A stretch of 64,000 bases of DNA, from the NCBI RefSeq assembly GCF_036365525.1, contig NC_090401.1:31207036-31271035 (forward strand), in the 5' to 3' direction. Numbering within the stretch: the first letter of the stretch is position 1; each line of letters starts with the position of its first letter. The position numbers and the translations under genes were made by a program. Positions 36,406 to 50,386 of this stretch are shown piece after piece. The stretch is from Heterodontus francisci. Taxonomy: Eukaryota. The notes below the pieces were generated by a model. The model saw only the letters and a list, made by a program, of their open reading frames with translations, ran no database searches and was not told the DNA's origin.

Positions 36406-37150
36406 GTAGTGAAAGATGGGTGTGAGGCAGGCAGCATTGGTAGGTGTGTGAGTTGGAGTATCTGGTTGCTGGGCTTGAGTCCTGAGTGCCAGGGGCTACT
36501 GATGGGTGAGTGATGGGGGTGTAGTGCACTGAGCAGCATGAGAGGCTGGTGGAGCAATAGGTAAAAAAATGTCATGTGAAGATGCGTTCTCTGACGTTGA
36601 CCTGCATGAGGTCATTAAACTTATTGTGGCACTGCTGCCAGGTCCTCCATGCCAAATGCAGGGAATTGACCTCTCTGGCCACCTGCTCCCAATCCCTTCT
36701 GAGGATGATCCTTGACAGCCCCCTGCAGAACCATGGCTTTTCTCTTCTGCATCCGTGGCCCTGGATCCCTGTCTCTGTCCTGTTGCTCCGTTTTCTATGT
36801 TCAGAATTGCAGCAAGTGTTTTGAGCAGCAGGCTCCTGTAATTCAGCACAGCTTCCATTTAAGAGATACAGAAGGCTGGCTGCACCATATATAAGTACAT
36901 GCTGCATGGCCTCCTGCTGAGCACAGAGGCAGCTAACAGTATGCCAGGTGCTCGGCCCTTTGCCACAATCGGATAAAAGCGGTGGCAGCACAAAATTTGT
37001 GCACTGCTTACCTCCACCTCAATGGGCGCGAGAAGGTCGCCAATCCTGACCCCGCACACAAAAAAAATGGCATGGATGACTTTTTATCTCCCCACCCACT
37101 CTTCCAGGTTTCACATCCGAAACCCCACATCACCTTCATGGAACCAGCCC
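36406..37150 (-). mobile_element. Harbinger-derived remnant with a Myb/SANT fragment (continues left of the Gypsy, about 33530-33819)
   Basis: RDWEQVAREVNS...RTWQQCHNKFNDL motif. Colinear with 49120-50110. Confidence 0.7.
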
Positions 37151-37672
37151 CTATTAACACCCAGGCCTATGATTTGCTCCAAATGTCGAGGAATGTTCCA
37201 AGTCAAATATTGAGGAATAAAAAATGCAGTAAATTGAATTTAAATGTATATAAGTATCCATGTGGTTTACTTTCATCTATTTCTACTTTAATAATTTATG
37301 TTGTATGAGGCCCAAGCAAGGATATTGAATTAGGTTCACCATTGAAAATGAGTTTGATACCCCTGCTGCAGTTGCATTATTAATTTCCTTTTTGTTTCCT
37401 CAGAAATCCAGCTAACAGCAAGCCTCCAACTCTGTTGTAAAGTTTGGATTACATACACTAAAGATCAGTTTCCTTTCTAGTTCTAAGAGTGAGATTTCAG
37501 AGCTCTTACAAATTTATTAAGCAATATTTTTACAAGTACAATTGGGAGATATTATTGAACTTTAAAATGCATTGGGGTCAGTTTTTAATTTGCTGCACTA
37601 ATGTGGAACTGGAATTGTGAATCAATCACTTCAATAGAAATGAGCATCAGCCAGTTTCTACAATACACACCG

Positions 37673-38026
37673 TAAAGCCGGTTACCCGGCCGAACCCTAC
37701 GGGACCCGACGACATGTGTCGGGTTCGGGTGAGGTCAGGTCGCACTTCCGGGTCCGGCATTCGGGCTCGGGTCGGGTCGGGTCGGGTCGGGCTGGGTCAG
37801 ACATGCTCTGTCACCACCTCAGGTAAATGACTCCAATATTAATGTACCTTTTGGACTTGAAAGTTAGTTCTGTTACAGTTATTTTAAGTATGTTCAGATA
37901 AGCAACAAAGTGAAAAACGGAAGGTTGGTTAACTGATGGTCGGGTCGGGCTGGGTGGGGCTTGGGGTCGGATGTGGTTCTGTCGAGCTCAGGTCAGGTTT
38001 CATTTGCAGACCTGAGCTGGCCTTTA
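37673..38026. mobile_element. hAT-type MITE
   Basis: 8-bp TSD acacaccg/acacacca, termini taaag and cttta, and subterminal (gggtc)n arrays. Confidence 0.8.
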
Positions 38027-38490
38027 ACACACCAATCCTTAACATTAGATATACGTCAAGTGGCAAATTGAGTACCAACTCCATCCGATGGTGGTCAGGG
38101 GGCAGATCATGGTGGGGATGCTGACTATGTAGCTTGTTGGTCCTGGAGGAAGCACTCCTGCTGCTCCTGGACCACAAGCAGTGCTGTAAAGGCACTTGCC
38201 TTCCGAGGCCTGGGAAACACAGCCGCCTGTGGTTAAAAATAGAATTACTGTTAAATGAAGGCATGTAGCCTCATATTTTCAGCAAAAAGAAAAATCTTCT
38301 CAGTGAAGCTCCTTAAACTGTGTAGACAAATGGCAATGTTCTGACTATTTGTCCATGAGTGCCCCTTGAAATAGCATTGGAAAGATCAAGCAACAACTCA
38401 ATTTTAAAATTCTCATCCTTACTTTCAAGTTCCTCCTTGGCCTCACCCCTTACTATCTCTATAATCTCCATCAGCCCTACAACCCAGCTA

Positions 38491-39269
38491 GAGGCTGAAT
38501 TTTGCCAACACCTCGACGTCAGGGGTCATGGAGGGGGGGCCCATGAAATACCTGCGGGAGCGGCCCGCCATGACCCCCAACACCGAGAAGGCCCTGTCAC
38601 ATTTTACCAGCGGCGGTGAGGCCTTGGTGCGGCCCCCTCCATGCCAAGAGGCGGGGCCTTCATTTAAATATTAAAATTAATTAAGAAAAGATGCAAATCA
38701 ACTTACCTTGTCCCGGCAGCTGCCCAACGCTGATTATACGGCCGCCAGCGACAACCTCGCATGCCTTCGGAACTCCACTCCGAGGCGAGACACTGGTGGG
38801 GAGGGGGGTGGGGGGGAGCTGAAATTATCATGGCGGGGTGGGGGAGTGGGGAAAACCTTTTTCATTGGCTGTGGGGATGGTGGGAAGGGGTTGAAGGGCA
38901 AATGTGACAAGGTTGGGGGGGAAAGTTCGGGGTGGGGATAAAGTTAATATTTGTCATATTGGCCTATAAAAAACCATTGGGGGGTTGGGAAAGGGCCTCC
39001 AGCTTTTAATTATTTTTTAAAATAAATGAACAGTAGTTTTTCTTTAAAAATTCAAATTTTTGCTAAGGGCTTGAAGCGCTTAAAAATTGTCGCCGGCGCA
39101 TTGCTGGGGATGGAGCTGCCGCCCCCTCTGTGTTATCGGGGGCGGCCTTTCTGCCCCCTCCATTTAAATAAGTCGCTGCGCAAAATATCACGGGGACTTT
39201 TGTTTCTGAAGGCCGCTGACTTCAAAGCGCACCACCGTGATGTGCAGTGGACTAATAAAATTCAGTCCT
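38491..39269. mobile_element. GC-rich MITE inserted in an L2 3' fragment (about 38390-39580)
   Basis: Termini ggctgaatttt and aaaattcagtcc. Related to 45944-46773. Confidence 0.7.
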
Positions 39270-41621
39270 ACATCTCTGTCCTCCTCCAATTCTAACCTCT
39301 TGAGCATTCCTGATTTTAATCACTCCACCAATGATGGCCATGCCGTCAGCTGCCTAGGTCCTAAGCTCTGGAATTCCCTCCATCTCTCCACCTCTCTTCC
39401 TCTCTTTCCTCTTTTAAGACGCTCTTTAAAATCTACCTTTTTGACAAAGCTTTTGGTTATCTGGCCTTATATCTTCAGTGTGGCTCAGTGTCAAATATTG
39501 TTCCATAATGCTCCTGCACTGCACCTTGGGACGTTTACTATGTTAAAAGTACCATATAAATGCAAGTTGATGTTGTTGTTTACACCCTGGCCCAGCACTG
39601 AGTGTGCACCACAAGAAGTGAATGCAAATGGCATTGGGGTCCTATAAGCGTCATACAATAATTATTTCCATACTTTTATGAGGCGTCCTGTTTCAGGCAG
39701 GAGTTTGGTCACCTATGCCCAGCCAGAGATCAAATTGTGGCAGATGGAATGGCAGCGGTAACAGAGAGTAACTTGCATGCCTCCATTTTCCTTGCGTTAC
39801 CACCCTGTTCCCGCCAAACACCAGGAATGAAAATTGACTGTGTAACACCTCTTAAACCATGTAAGTGGTACAAATTGAAGAACAGCATCCAAGAACATGA
39901 TGTCAGGAGATGTACTTGAGATCTAGTGACATGTGAAAGAGCACTGTGTGGGTTGGATTGGCAGTTGTCAATGTGGCAGTTCTTGCTTCCATCATCTATC
40001 CCTAGATGCCATTTAGCTTTCACCAAAACAAATGGCAAATAAAACAAAATCTACAACACTTTCACAGCATTAAGAGAAAAGAAGAACTTTATTTCTGATA
40101 ACTTGGAATATTGTGGAATATTTTCCATAATCCATCTTTGCTTGCAGGTACAGTAAATGGCATTAGTGCTTTCAGAACTGTCATGACACATCAGTAACAG
40201 AAATAAAACATAACAAGTTTACTAAATTTCAACATTCACTTTGGTGACTAGCGAAGTATTTGTTCTCATGCACCCTATAAAGATTTGAGCTTTTTGACCC
40301 AGAACAAAATACCAGGTAACAGTATTTTTACAGTAAACAAATTCATAATAGAAGTCATGAAAGTATGTAAATCTAAACCTGAATTCATATGGTTAATATG
40401 GTCCTGATATTTACTGGGGTGGGGGTTCCAGGCAGAATCAACAGGACCCCTGTCAGGAAACCAGCCTGATTAACAGACTTAGATCCCTGTCAGATGGGGA
40501 AAGCTCCAGAAGAGGCATAGGCCAGGACCAGGTAAGCTTGTGCAACTGAGGTAGAGATCCTGAGGTGTGGGTGGGTGGATACAACGTGGTTTGCAGAATT
40601 GGGGGGTGGGGGGGGGGGGGTGATTTCGGGGGTTCTGAGACAGATTGGGGGCAGAGATGGAGGGTCGGGGTGTCAGTGATCATGCGGGGTTCCAATTGTA
40701 GTCAGGATTCAGTGACAGAGGCAGGGTAGTCGATGATTGTGAGGGAGGGTTCCAATTGGGGGAAGGGTCTAATCATGCAGGGAGGTTTGATCATGAATAG
40801 GGAAGCACGCTAGCTTGGGGGGCTGTGAGGAAGCACTCCTGCTCCTAGCCCAGAAGCAGTGCTGTAAATGTGCACCTAAACAGTGTTAAACCTGGAAGAA
40901 AGATAAAATCTGAGGCACACAGCCTCATTAAAATATTTAAATGAGGAACCTGACTCGTGGGAATGGGTTGGTTGCCTGCCCCCTGTACCGTCTCTGTTAA
41001 CAGCGGAGGTAGGCAGGTTCCCAGCGGGTTGCGTTGGGTTTGAGATTTTTAAAAATGTTTACGCCATATCCAACCCCAACCTAGCTGTTTTTTGGGGTTA
41101 AAATTCCCCTCTATAGTTGTCTTTATAATGTTCCACCTTTGAAATACAGAATATTGATTTTGCAGGTTGTATATGACAGGAAGTGCAGTCTGTTCCACTT
41201 ATTGAACCTACATTTTCTTAATCATTTTATTGTTTACTCACATTCAATTATTTATTTTTGAGCTTGGGCTGAAATTTACAGTCTGCACAGTACACAGGCA
41301 CATGTTTGACTAACTGTGTTACTGCTCACCAAGTAAAATCAGCAAAAACAAGTCACCTGCAATGTAATCCTAGAATACAGTTGACAAAAGTAAGAAATGA
41401 TGCAACTGAAAATGGTTGCTAACATTTCATTGTAATCTCTTGCTAAGCAAATACAATCTGTAAAATTGGAGAGCCATTGATCAGGAGAAGATCGCATACA
41501 TGCAGTTACAGTTATACTCTTACTTTCTTAGCTACATAAACTGTTTGAAATCTACAATTTATTTTAATTGTAATAAAATCATGTACACATAATGCAATGC
41601 CGCTTTCAGTGCTCAGTGACA

Positions 41622-41731
41622 TTAATCCTTTTTCGTTGATTTTTTATTTTTTCCACACACAAAGTATTGATGGAAATTATATCCACCCTTAGCTCCAAAC
41701 AAACCCCAAGAATAAATCCCAGCCTTTGCCG
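41622..41731 (-). CDS. IFI6: Gene C (IFI6-like), terminal coding exon (A)AKAGIYSWGLFGAKGGYNFHQYFVCGKNKKSTKKD*
   Basis: Strong acceptor tgtttctctcaacag in phase 1. GAxxGYxxHxY aligns ungapped with recalled human IFI6 GALMGYATHKYL. AATAAA at 41558-41563. Confidence 0.8.
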
Positions 41732-44358
41732 CTGTTGAGAGAAACACAGTCATTTAGTTGCTACTAGGATTTTCCTTAAAGAATTAATTAATAATTAGGA
41801 ACAATAATTAAAGGGGATGGTTATTATGCTGTGGCATTTTTTGTGTGCAATTGTATAAAGTAATTATGGGTCCCTGATAGATATTATAAGGGACTCGATC
41901 TAAAGAGAGGTTTAGTTGAAATATAAATTGTTCAAATTGTTACTATAATGCAGGGAATCACATGATATTATCGTAAGATGCAATCATTTTTTCACTGTTA
42001 TATAAAATATGCACTATGAAGTTTCATCCTGCTGATTTGTTTTCTTTCTGTTGCTGATGTGGTGAACATCAGAAATGTTGATGTCTCATTATGGTGCTAA
42101 CGCCCATTCTGAAGGGATTGGTGGTTATAATCTACTTATTTCAATCTTTAAGGAATGCTAATAAGCAGCCAGCCACTAAGAAATAATACAGTGAGTGTCT
42201 GAAATGTGCTCCATTGCACCTTATTTATAAAAGACCTCCCGAGTATCATTCATAATATATCAGGGGCAATGGAATTAGAAGGGGGAGTAGTGCTGGGCTC
42301 ACTGAAAGAATTTAGGAAGAAGTTTGTAAGACCTGTTTTCAGCCAGTAAAGTAAGTGATTTTTGATCAGTTTCTGGCAATTAAATAAAGAGTATTCTTCT
42401 TATAATATATGAAAAATGTTGTGTAAAATTAGACAGCCATTAGCAGCAGTGGCAGACTGTATGCACACAATTAAGCTCCTACTTTCTCACCATCTATACA
42501 ATGAGTTAACAAACTGTTTGAAATCGACAAGTTCTTTATGGGATGAAATTCCAGCACATGTAATGCAATGGGACCTTACGCAATTCCTGTCAACTTTTTC
42601 TGTTGGAAATTCCTATATCCATATTTATAATGGCTATGAAAATTTGTCATGCTGTAATTGCACCATTCCACCAGGTTACAGTGCCACCACCTGTGGGAGG
42701 GTATATTTATATTGTGTCAAGTTTTAATAGGTAGCTACCATTATAAATGTGGATGTAGTAACTCATAGCAGCAATATAAAAATAAGAATAGTATGTAAGT
42801 ATGTGTGTATGCTCTGGTCTAATTACTCCTTGCCTTTTAACCCAACTTCTCTTGAAGATTTCACTTGGTCTGTCTCCTTGTGCATAAGGTCACAAGAGAT
42901 TGAGTAGTTGCTGCTGTATAAATAAACTCGGTCCCCTCACATATTGCACTTATATAAATAAGTCAATCTTTGTATGTAATATTGGAGAGTAGTGCTTTAA
43001 TGGCTGATTTCTGAGTTCATACTAATTAAAATGAATGGGTGGAAAATCATGACTTCCTGATACGAGCAGACAGGAGCATGGCTCCCTGCCAATAGCACCA
43101 ACTCAGAAAAATATCCAGTGTCCATTTGTTTAGGCTGTTTTCTTTTAACGTAGTGAAATTTTGTTCGTTAATTCTCCTGAGAAGCACGTTGGGATGTTTT
43201 ACTACATTAATGAAAGGTATAAAACTAAAGAAGATTAAACCAACTTTCATTTCTAATTTACCAAATATCCCTGCAGCAGTACTCTATGTGCTCAATTTCC
43301 ATTCATTTATAGTCAATGGGTGGAAAATCTAGTGTGTTATCAAAAAATTCTGTTTGTAGAAACATAGCTAAATGAAAACTTTTATTCAGACTTTAAACTT
43401 CAAACTTAGACAATAGTACAGTCTTTCCAAAACTTGTCATAGTTTATATAGGAATCATTTTGTTTTCCTAGTTGTTATTGAGTTCTGAAATAAACTTAAG
43501 GCAGGATTTCTTTTCATTCATTATGGGATATGGATGTCGCTGACATGGCCAGCATTTATTTCCCATCCCTATTTGCCCTTGAGAAGATGGCATTCAGCCA
43601 CTTTCTTGAACCACTGATTAGCGGTTTGGTATAACTGAATGGCTTGCTAAGCCATTTAAGAGGGCAGTTAAGAGTCAACCTCATTCACTGTAGATCTGGA
43701 GTCACATAGAGGCCAGACCAGGTAAGGATGGCCGATTTCCTTCCCTAAAGGACCTAGTGAACCAAACAGGTTTTTACAACAATCTGGTAATTTTATGGTC
43801 ACCGTTTATTGATAATAGCCTTTCATTCCAGATTTATTTAATTAACTGAATTTAAATTCCATTGCTGAGATGTGAAAACTGCTGGAAAGCATTGATAGTC
43901 ACATTAGGGAATGTCTGTTTCCATTAGTTTTAGTTTTGTAAATGTCTTAGTATAAAGTTTCATAATTTCAGAGCTCTTAAATGCAAGCGCTGTGGTCATT
44001 TTAATTATCATATACTTTTGTCTGTAATGAGGAAAATGATTACACTTCCAGGAGCATTTTGTACTGTTAACTGGACTTAGCTGCAATGGTGGGATTTGAA
44101 CTGATATCTCTGGATCAATAATCCAGGCCTCTAAAATTACTAGTCCAGTAACATAACTACTATGTTACTAAATCTACAAAATATAAAAGACACTCATTTC
44201 TGTAGGAGTTCTCCCAATCTCCCAGCCACAGGAGTAATGTAATGTGATGCTGAGATGTGAAATGCAAACAGATCTGCAATGTGTAACACAATTGAGAATT
44301 GCTAGATTAACATAAAGAATGTATAATACTAATTAGGTAAAACAATTATATAACTTAC

Positions 44359-44520
44359 CAAGACTTTGAAACATTGAAACTACACTTCCTGAAGCCACCC
44401 CTCCACCGTTTATGAAGGCAGTGGTTTTCATCATTAAAGCTGCAATGGATTTTGCTGCTATCCCCTTTGTGGTAAATCCAAGAACTCCAAGCACTGCAGG
44501 ACCTCCTAAAATAGCTGCTC
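44359..44520 (-). CDS. IFI6: Gene C (IFI6-like), 162-nt ISG12-domain exon
   Basis: (G)AAILGGPAVLGVLGFTTKGIAAKSIAALMMKTTAFINGGGVASGSVVSMFQSL, bounded by atatag and gtaagt. Same length and phase as the gene B core exon. Confidence 0.93.
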
Positions 44521-44602
44521 CTATATCCAATAGAAAGGTGACATGGCATTCAATAAAATTGTGTTTAACCATTCCTCAACTATATGTAAGTTTTATGCAT
44601 GA

Positions 44603-45690
44603 TGTTATGGACAGGGGAGAGATGATAAAAATTTTCACCTCTCGACTGACCCTAGACAGCGTGATTTTTCAAAAAGTGTTTTATCTCCTGAGTGCTTTAA
44701 TTGTCAGCAACAGACAAATGAACAGGTTTTCTCGTAAGTTTTAAATAAAAGATAAATGTTTATTACTCAACACCCGAATATACGCAAATACACCCACTCT
44801 CACACTCATACAGATACACACACACTCAAGAAAAGATTGTGATTATAAAAGTAGCATGCGTTTAGGTCTTATGATTTCAAGAGTTCTCTGTTAGACTTGC
44901 TTTTCCCTGGGGTGAAGACTTGAAGGGCTGTAATCCTTTTTTGTCTACTGAAGAAAAACTCTAGAGGTTTAGGAGGACGGATTTGCAGTAGCAGATTTCT
45001 CTTGTTATACTCCAGTCAAGGTTCACTGGTGAAGCCCTGGTACAATTCCTCAGGTGGAGAGTTCAAGCCCAACTCGAGTCTCTGCCTACATGTGGTTTGT
45101 AGTTGATGGTTTTTTAGGCAGGGTTCTTTCTCTTTGTTGGCATAGATGTTTCTTTCCATTGTTTGCCCAGTGTTATTAAAACACTTAACAGAAACCTAGT
45201 TTCTGTCATGAGAGCAATGCATCTCTTTCCATTGTCCTCATAAATAGTTTCTGATGGTTAGGCCATTGTCAGACAATGGAGTTTGGGTACCAGTCATCTA
45301 CATACCATCTTGATAAAATAACGCTTTTCACACCCATTCTCGGCATTTCAGGTTTGGAGTTGAAAAGTCTGAAGCAGTATTGAGAACCCTGTTTTTTTTT
45401 AATTAGATGGGGAAATGCCACCGTTACCACAGGAAGGGTCATTTGTATTTTAATGATTTCTCAAAGATATGTCCAGAAAGGTCATTTGCATTTAATGACT
45501 TCACCAAGCCTTGTTCAGACATGAAAATTAGCTCAGGGTTCTTGCAGTTCCATGTGTATTGGCAGGAAAGAAAAGGTCACCTGGCCTCTCAACTCCATTT
45601 TGTATTATAGGTAAGTGTCCATTTCGGGTTTATGCTTGATAAGTTCATATTTATAGTTCATAAGTTCGTACTGCGTGAGCGTGACTATAG
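44603..45690 (-). mobile_element. Probable solo LTR
   Basis: Starts TGTTA and shares the tttatt plus CA-rich layout of the LTRs at 3517 and 59323. The right end and TSD are not resolved. Confidence 0.5.
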
Positions 45691-45719
45691 TTATCATAGA
45701 ATCTACTTGATTAGAGCTA

Positions 45720-48083
45720 AATAGAGGTGCCATAACATTTCTGGGTGTAGTCCATAGGCCACCAACTGGCAGGAAAGATGTAGAGGAACAAATTTGTAAG
45801 GAGATTATAAAGTGATGCAAGAAATATAATGTACTTATAATGGGGAACTTTAATTATCTTCACATAGACTGGGAAAGTAATAGTGTAAAATGGCAGCAAG
45901 GGGCAAGCATTTCTAGAGTGTTCAGGAGAATTTTCTAATGATTGGGCTGAATTTTACCAGCCCCCCGACGGCAAGGGGGGCTGAAAATACCTTTGGGAGA
46001 GGCCCGCCATGGGCCCCAATGCTGGGAAGGCCCCGTCCCATTTTACCGGCAGCGGTGAAACCTTGGGCCGGCACCCCCCCCCACCCCCACCACCCCCCCC
46101 CCACCGCCACCCCCGACCACTCGGCAAAAAACTTTGTTTACATATTTAACTCCACGCTAATAAATGAATAATTACTTACCTCATTGCGATGGCCGCCCTA
46201 CGCCGATATTCCGGTTGGCTGCCAGAGCTCCCGCGCCTTCGGATCTCAAAATGGAACACTGGTGGGGAGGGGGTGGTGTAAAGATTTCAGGGCGAGGGGG
46301 GGGGGGGTGGAAATGGCAAAAACGAACGTGATTGGTTGAGGAAATGATGGCAAGGGGTTGAAGGTTAAAATAAAGAAAGTTCGGGGGAAAGGTCGTGATC
46401 GAAAATTTACTTCCTTTCGGGGGGAGAGGGCAAATAGTAAACTGATTATTCATTGGAGGGGGTGGGAGAGGGGACTGGAAGTGTGAATAACTTTTTATTT
46501 TAAGTTTTTTACCAACCTGTCCCTTTAAACAGTAAAATGTAACAGAAGGGCGTGAAATGGTGCTGGTGCCTACGCGTTGGGACCAGACACTGTTGCCAGG
46601 GATGGAGCGTCCACACCCTTTACATCATCGGGGGAGGGCAGTCCGCCCCCTCCATGATAATGAGCCGCCATGCAAAATATTTCGGCAGCTCCACGGCTCA
46701 CGTCTCATGCATGCACCGCACCATCTTGGAAGCTCACTGCCAAGGTTGGCGGCGAGCTATAAATATTCAGCCCAGTATGTTTCCAGTCCAACGAGGAAGG
46801 AGACATTGCTGTATCTGGTTCTGGGGAATGAGGTGGGTCAAGTGAATCAACATTTGGGGCCAGTGATCATAGTATCATAAGGTTTAGGTTGGCTATGGAA
46901 AAAGACAAGGAGAAATCCAGGGTAAAAATAATTAATTGGGGGAGGGCGAACTTCAATGGGGTGAGAACGGCTCTAGTCCAGGTAAATTGGAATCAAAGAT
47001 TGGCAGGGAAAACTGTAATGGAACAATGGCTGCCTTTAAAGAGGAGATGGTTCGGGTACAGTCCAAGTATATTTCCGTAAGAGGGAAAAGTAGGACAAAC
47101 AAATCCAGAGCTCCCTGAGTGATTAAAGAGATAGAGAGTAAGATGAAGCAGAAAAAGGGTGCATTTCACAGATGTCTGGTGGGCAATACAACTGAGAACC
47201 AGGCTAAGTATAGGAGGGTCAGAGGGGAAGTGAAGAAACAAATAAGAGAAGCAAAGACAAAGTATAAGAAGAGACTGGTAGCTAACATTAAAGGGAATCC
47301 AAAAGTCTTCTATAGGCATATAAATAGTAAAACTGTGGTAAAAGGAGAAGTACAGCCGATTAGGGACCTAAAATGGAATTTACCCATGGAAGCAAGGGGC
47401 GTGGCTGAGGTACTAAATAAGTGCTTTGTAACTGTCTCTACTAAGAAAGCAGATGCTGCCCAAGTCATAGTGAAAGAGGAGGTAGTTGAGACACTGGATA
47501 GGCTAAAAAATTGATAAAGAAGATGTATTAGATAGGCTGGTTGTCATTAATGTTGATCAGTCACCAGGACCAGACGAGATACATCCAAGGATACTGAGGG
47601 AAGTAAGAGTGGAAATTGCAAAGGCACTGGCCATAATCTTCCAATCCTCCTTAGATACAGAATGGTTCCAGGGATGAGGAACTTCAGATTGGAGAAACTG
47701 GGGCTGCTCTCTTCAGAGAAGAGACAATTAAGCAGAGATTTGCTGAAGGTTTTCAAAATCATGAGGGTATGTACAGAGTTGAAAGGGAAAAACTGTTCCC
47801 ATTGGCAGAAGGGTCTAGAACCACAGGACACCGATTTAAGGTGATTGACAAAAGAAGCAACGGGCGACATGAGGAAAAACGTTTTTATGCAGTGTGTGGT
47901 TGGGATCTGGAATGCACTGCCTGAGAGTGTGGTGGAGGCAGATTCAATTGTGGCTTTCAAAAGAGAATTGGACAATTATCTGAAGAGAAAGAATTTGCAG
48001 GGCTACAGGAAAAAGGCAGAGGAGTGGAACTAGGTGAGTTGCTCATGCAGAGAACCGATGCAACCATTTTATCATTCTATGAT
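45720..48083 (+). mobile_element. CR1 LINE (internally deleted), split by a MITE
   Basis: IKGNPKVFYRHINSK and VVGIWNALPESVVEA motifs, with a (attctatg)n tail near 48075. Confidence 0.85.
45944..46773. mobile_element. GC-rich MITE (probable non-autonomous Harbinger)
   Basis: TIRs gggctgaatttta and taaatattcagccc, 3-bp flanks att and agt. The host CR1 is continuous across it. Confidence 0.8.
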
Positions 48084-48199
48084 TCTCAAGTTTCTGTCAA
48101 ATATTTTACCTAAACAGAAGACAACATTTTTGAAGCAGCAAGCACTAACTATTATTGTTATTATTAGTGGTGGATTAGCTAAATGATAACTGTACCAGA

Positions 48200-50110
48200 T
48201 GGAAATGCCCATATTTAAAACACAAGGAACGCGCAATTCAGTAGCGTAGCATAGCTCGAGGTGGTGCTAAAGAGGCCTAGCACCGCTTTCCAGGGACAGA
48301 CATGGCACCAGTGGTTTTAGGCACAACCTGTGCAATGAGGCATGCTCAAAACAGCGCCTGTATGGATGTCCTCAGTGTGCCTCAGAAGCAAATGAAGCAG
48401 CATTATCCTAACGTGACACAGTCTAACCAGCTGATGCGATGCCAGGATCCTAAATTTGGGGTGCACCATTTGTCCAGCAGTCACCTGCAAGTTGGGCCCT
48501 GCATTAGTGCTCCTTAAAGGGCCAGGCACCCAAATTGTAGGTAAGGTAATTTTTGGCATCTTTTTCCATTGCAAAATATCTGGAAGTACTCTGGAGTGTT
48601 TCTGGCAGGCTTTTGTGTTGTGTTCCTGGATTTGCTGGAGAGTGTTGCTGCATTCTCACAAGGTGGCCAGAGGAGTAGGCGACCTGTGCACACAAAGACT
48701 ACAACAGGTAGGGGGTCAGCAATGGCAGTGCTTCTGGGTCTGTAGCACAACAGGGATATTGAGCAGAGGTTGTGGATAGGGCAAATGCTGCGCCATCTCT
48801 GGCCTCTGGGAGCCAGACTCCTCCATGCTCCTTGACAGTGAAAGGAGGCGGTCTGGCAGGCCAGCCAATGCACCAGCATCTTGGAGTGATCGCCCATCAG
48901 CACTCTGCTGTATGCCACCCCACTGAGATCCTCGTCTGAGTGCTAAGCAGCAGTCCACTTGTGTCTGGATGACTTACCACATGCTCATCCCAAGTCTTTT
49001 AGCCTCCAAGGCCAGGCAGCAGTTCATGGGAAGCAGGGAAGATTGGTGGGAGGGAAGGGATGGGTTGTAACAACACCCACCATTAGCAGCTTGCTCATCA
49101 TGCCAGATAGCAGGATAAGGGTGTGCTGGAAGTTGAGAAGGGGCATAAGCCATCACCCTCAATGTACACAGCAATGCCAGATGCCACGGGCCCTCTCACA
49201 GCCAGTCCCCGTGATGTGGACAACTATCTCCTCTGTAGGGCTTGGGAGGAGTGGACTTCATTGTCTATCACCAGTTCTGCTCTGTTCCATTCTATTGTGT
49301 GTAACCTTGTCCTGCAAGGGAGAGGGCAGAATGTAGGTGATTATGTTGTGCTGTGTTTGGGTGATGTGCCTGCTGTAGCTGACTAGCTGGAGGTATGTGG
49401 AGGCAGTGAGAGGTGTGTGTGTGGCTGGCAGCATTGCGAAGTGTGTGAGGGTGAGCTGGAATATCTGCATGTTAGGCATGGGTCTTGAGTGGTAGGGAGT
49501 GCTGCTGGGTGAGTGATAGGGGTGTGGTGCATTGGTAGAATGAGAGGTTGGTGGTGTGGTGAGTAGGAGATGTCATGTGAAAATGCATTTGCTGATGTTG
49601 GCCCCCCATGTGAGGCTATTAGACTATTTTGGCACTGCTGTCAGGTCCTTGGGTCCAGCCACCTGCTCCCTCTCCCTTCTGAGGGCGGTCTGTGAGAGTA
49701 ACCTGGCCCCCTATGGGACCATGGTGTCTCTCCTCCTGCTCACCTGCAGCACTGATGCCTTCAGTGTCACATCTGTCGCCCTGGAACCCTCTGTCTGACC
49801 TGCTGTTCGCTTTGCCATCATTTGAATTGCAGCAATATTCTTCAGTGCAGCTTCCATTTAAGAGGGACAGCCTGCCTTTAAGAACAGCAGGCTGGCTGCA
49901 CCACATGTTTTGCGAACAATGCTGTTTGCACCCTCCTCGCTGAGTGCAGAGGCCGCCAGCAGCATTAAGATGAAGACAGTAGTGGGGGGAACCTGCTCAG
50001 CCAGACGCAACAATCACACAGATGAGGTGGGCGTTGCTCATCTTGATCTGAATGGGCACAGGCAGGTCACTAATCACGACTGCCGAGCCCCAAATATAGG
50101 ACACATGCAT
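48200..50110 (-). mobile_element. Harbinger-derived remnant (Myb side)
   Basis: Colinear similarity to 33530-33819 plus 36406-37150. Boundaries are approximate. Confidence 0.55.
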
Positions 50111-50249
50111 TTCCAAACATAATTTGAAATGAATAGTTCTGCTGTCTTGCCAAGATATGAATTTATAATAGAGATGAATTAAGCAAATTGCAGCTGTACA
50201 TTTCTGCCCACCACTGGCCTTATCCTACTTCCCAGGCAGCACATTGGGA

Positions 50250-50386
50250 TAATAAAAGCAAAATACTGCAGATGCTGGAAATCTGAAATAAAAACAGAAA
50301 GTGCTGGAAAAACTCAGCAGGTCTGGCAGCATCTGTGGAGAGAGAGGCAGAGTTAATGTTTCAGGTCAGTGACCTTTTATCAGAAC
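50250..50386 (-). mobile_element. Penelope-like terminal fragment (degenerate hammerhead)
   Basis: Copy of 33272-33373 with core substitutions. Confidence 0.65.

Noticed and set aside
42141-42175. Alternative terminal exon for gene C, (V)AGCLLAFLKD*
   Set aside because: The acceptor is plausible, but there is no family similarity. Exon 41622-41731 has a stronger acceptor, IFI6 similarity and a poly(A) signal.
43255-43322. TATA-like motif plus AAGIFG-like frame suggesting an extra ISG12 exon or promoter
   Set aside because: There is no acceptor in the required phase, and the gactataaatg motif recurs at 32243, which indicates a repeat.
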